Shown piece after piece: positions 63,471-64,000 of a stretch of DNA of 64,000 bases. Made by a program: the position numbers and the translations under genes. The stretch spans positions 1,798,001 to 1,862,000 of the forward strand of contig BCGN01000003.1 in the NCBI GenBank assembly GCA_001599295.1. Direction: 5' to 3'. This DNA is from Sporopachydermia quercuum. Its lineage: Eukaryota. The first letter of the stretch is position 1. Each line of letters starts with the position of its first letter. Below the pieces are notes generated by a model. It saw only the letters and a program-made list of their open reading frames with translations, did not search any database and had not been told where the DNA came from.

Positions 63471-63694
63471 AAAATACATACTCGTCTTTGCCATCTATAG
63501 AATGTGNGTAACTGAGTGCCTTGAGTAGTCTATACCTCGCTGAAAGAGAAGATACAACAACCAGAGGTAACCGTTATCATTATCAGCGAGTACTTGTAAT
63601 GTTTAAATTAGTTACTATAAAGAGAGTGATTAATAGATACTATTCGATATATGAAATTCAATAGCAGCATAGCATNTATTTCTGTATAACTATA

Positions 63695-64000
63695 TCACAA
63701 TCTCCGAAATAAACTTTCAATAATTTGTCCTTCGGCCGTTTTTTCTACCGTAGACCAAAATTTTTCATGTCTACTGGCATTAATAAACTCATTGTTGGTT
63801 GCTTCTTCCAACCTTAGAGGCTCTGCTAAATCATTATTTGCCAACCATTCTCTTACTCTCTCGATACTTGGTGATATATAAGATATATGACTATTATCCA
63901 AATTACTCCGCAGGATCTCGTTTTCCAACCATTCAATGAAGCAAAGATCAGCATTAGCCTCATTATATTTAGTACTAAAATTTTCCCAGAATGAGTGATA
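63695..64000 (-). CDS. MATalpha1: Mating-type alpha-box protein alpha1, 3' part (5' end beyond window)
   Basis: The frame is open from the window edge for 102 codons: YHSFWENFSTKYNEANADLCFIEWLENEILRS... The W-x5-Y-x8-F-x-EWL pattern matches the end of the yeast alpha1 alpha-box, and the location is next to MATa2. Confidence 0.75.
   Translation of the reverse strand, partial: YHSFWENFSTKYNEANADLCFIEWLENEILRSNLDNSHISYISPSIERVREWLANNDLAEPLRLEEATNNEFINASRHEKFWSTVEKTAEGQIIESLFRRL

Overview
AT-rich nuclear DNA from a budding yeast (Saccharomycotina). It is fairly intron-rich (GTATGT/GTAAGT/GTACGT donors, TACTAAC-like branch points) and uses the standard genetic code (CTG at invariant Leu positions of ISW1). 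About 20 recognisable genes are present: DPH7/RRT2, a thioredoxin-like gene, RIB1, a GPX, ISW1, TSA1, a Zn2Cys6 factor, HOP1, ICP55, an MCH-type MFS permease, AIM9, PFK2, GSY, an APT1-like esterase, VPS75, VPS10, CWC25, SUI1, a YbjQ/UPF0145 gene and SLA2. The right end is the mating-type locus. After SLA2 come an intact spliced MATa1 (homeodomain) and MATa2 (HMG box). About 2.6 kb further on is the 3' end of a MATalpha1 (alpha-box) gene running off the window edge, which the ORF track shows only as an anonymous 77-aa fragment. So a and alpha information appear to sit in one locus, implying either contiguous primary homothallism or an invertible flip/flop cassette. A degenerate tRNA-like A/B-box element lies between the a and alpha halves, and SLA2 contains a sharp GC peak. 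Other points of note are a GUG-initiated mitochondrial-type extension on GPX, non-consensus donors in HOP1 introns and a poor start context on SUI1. All gene names come from motif recognition, not from database searches.
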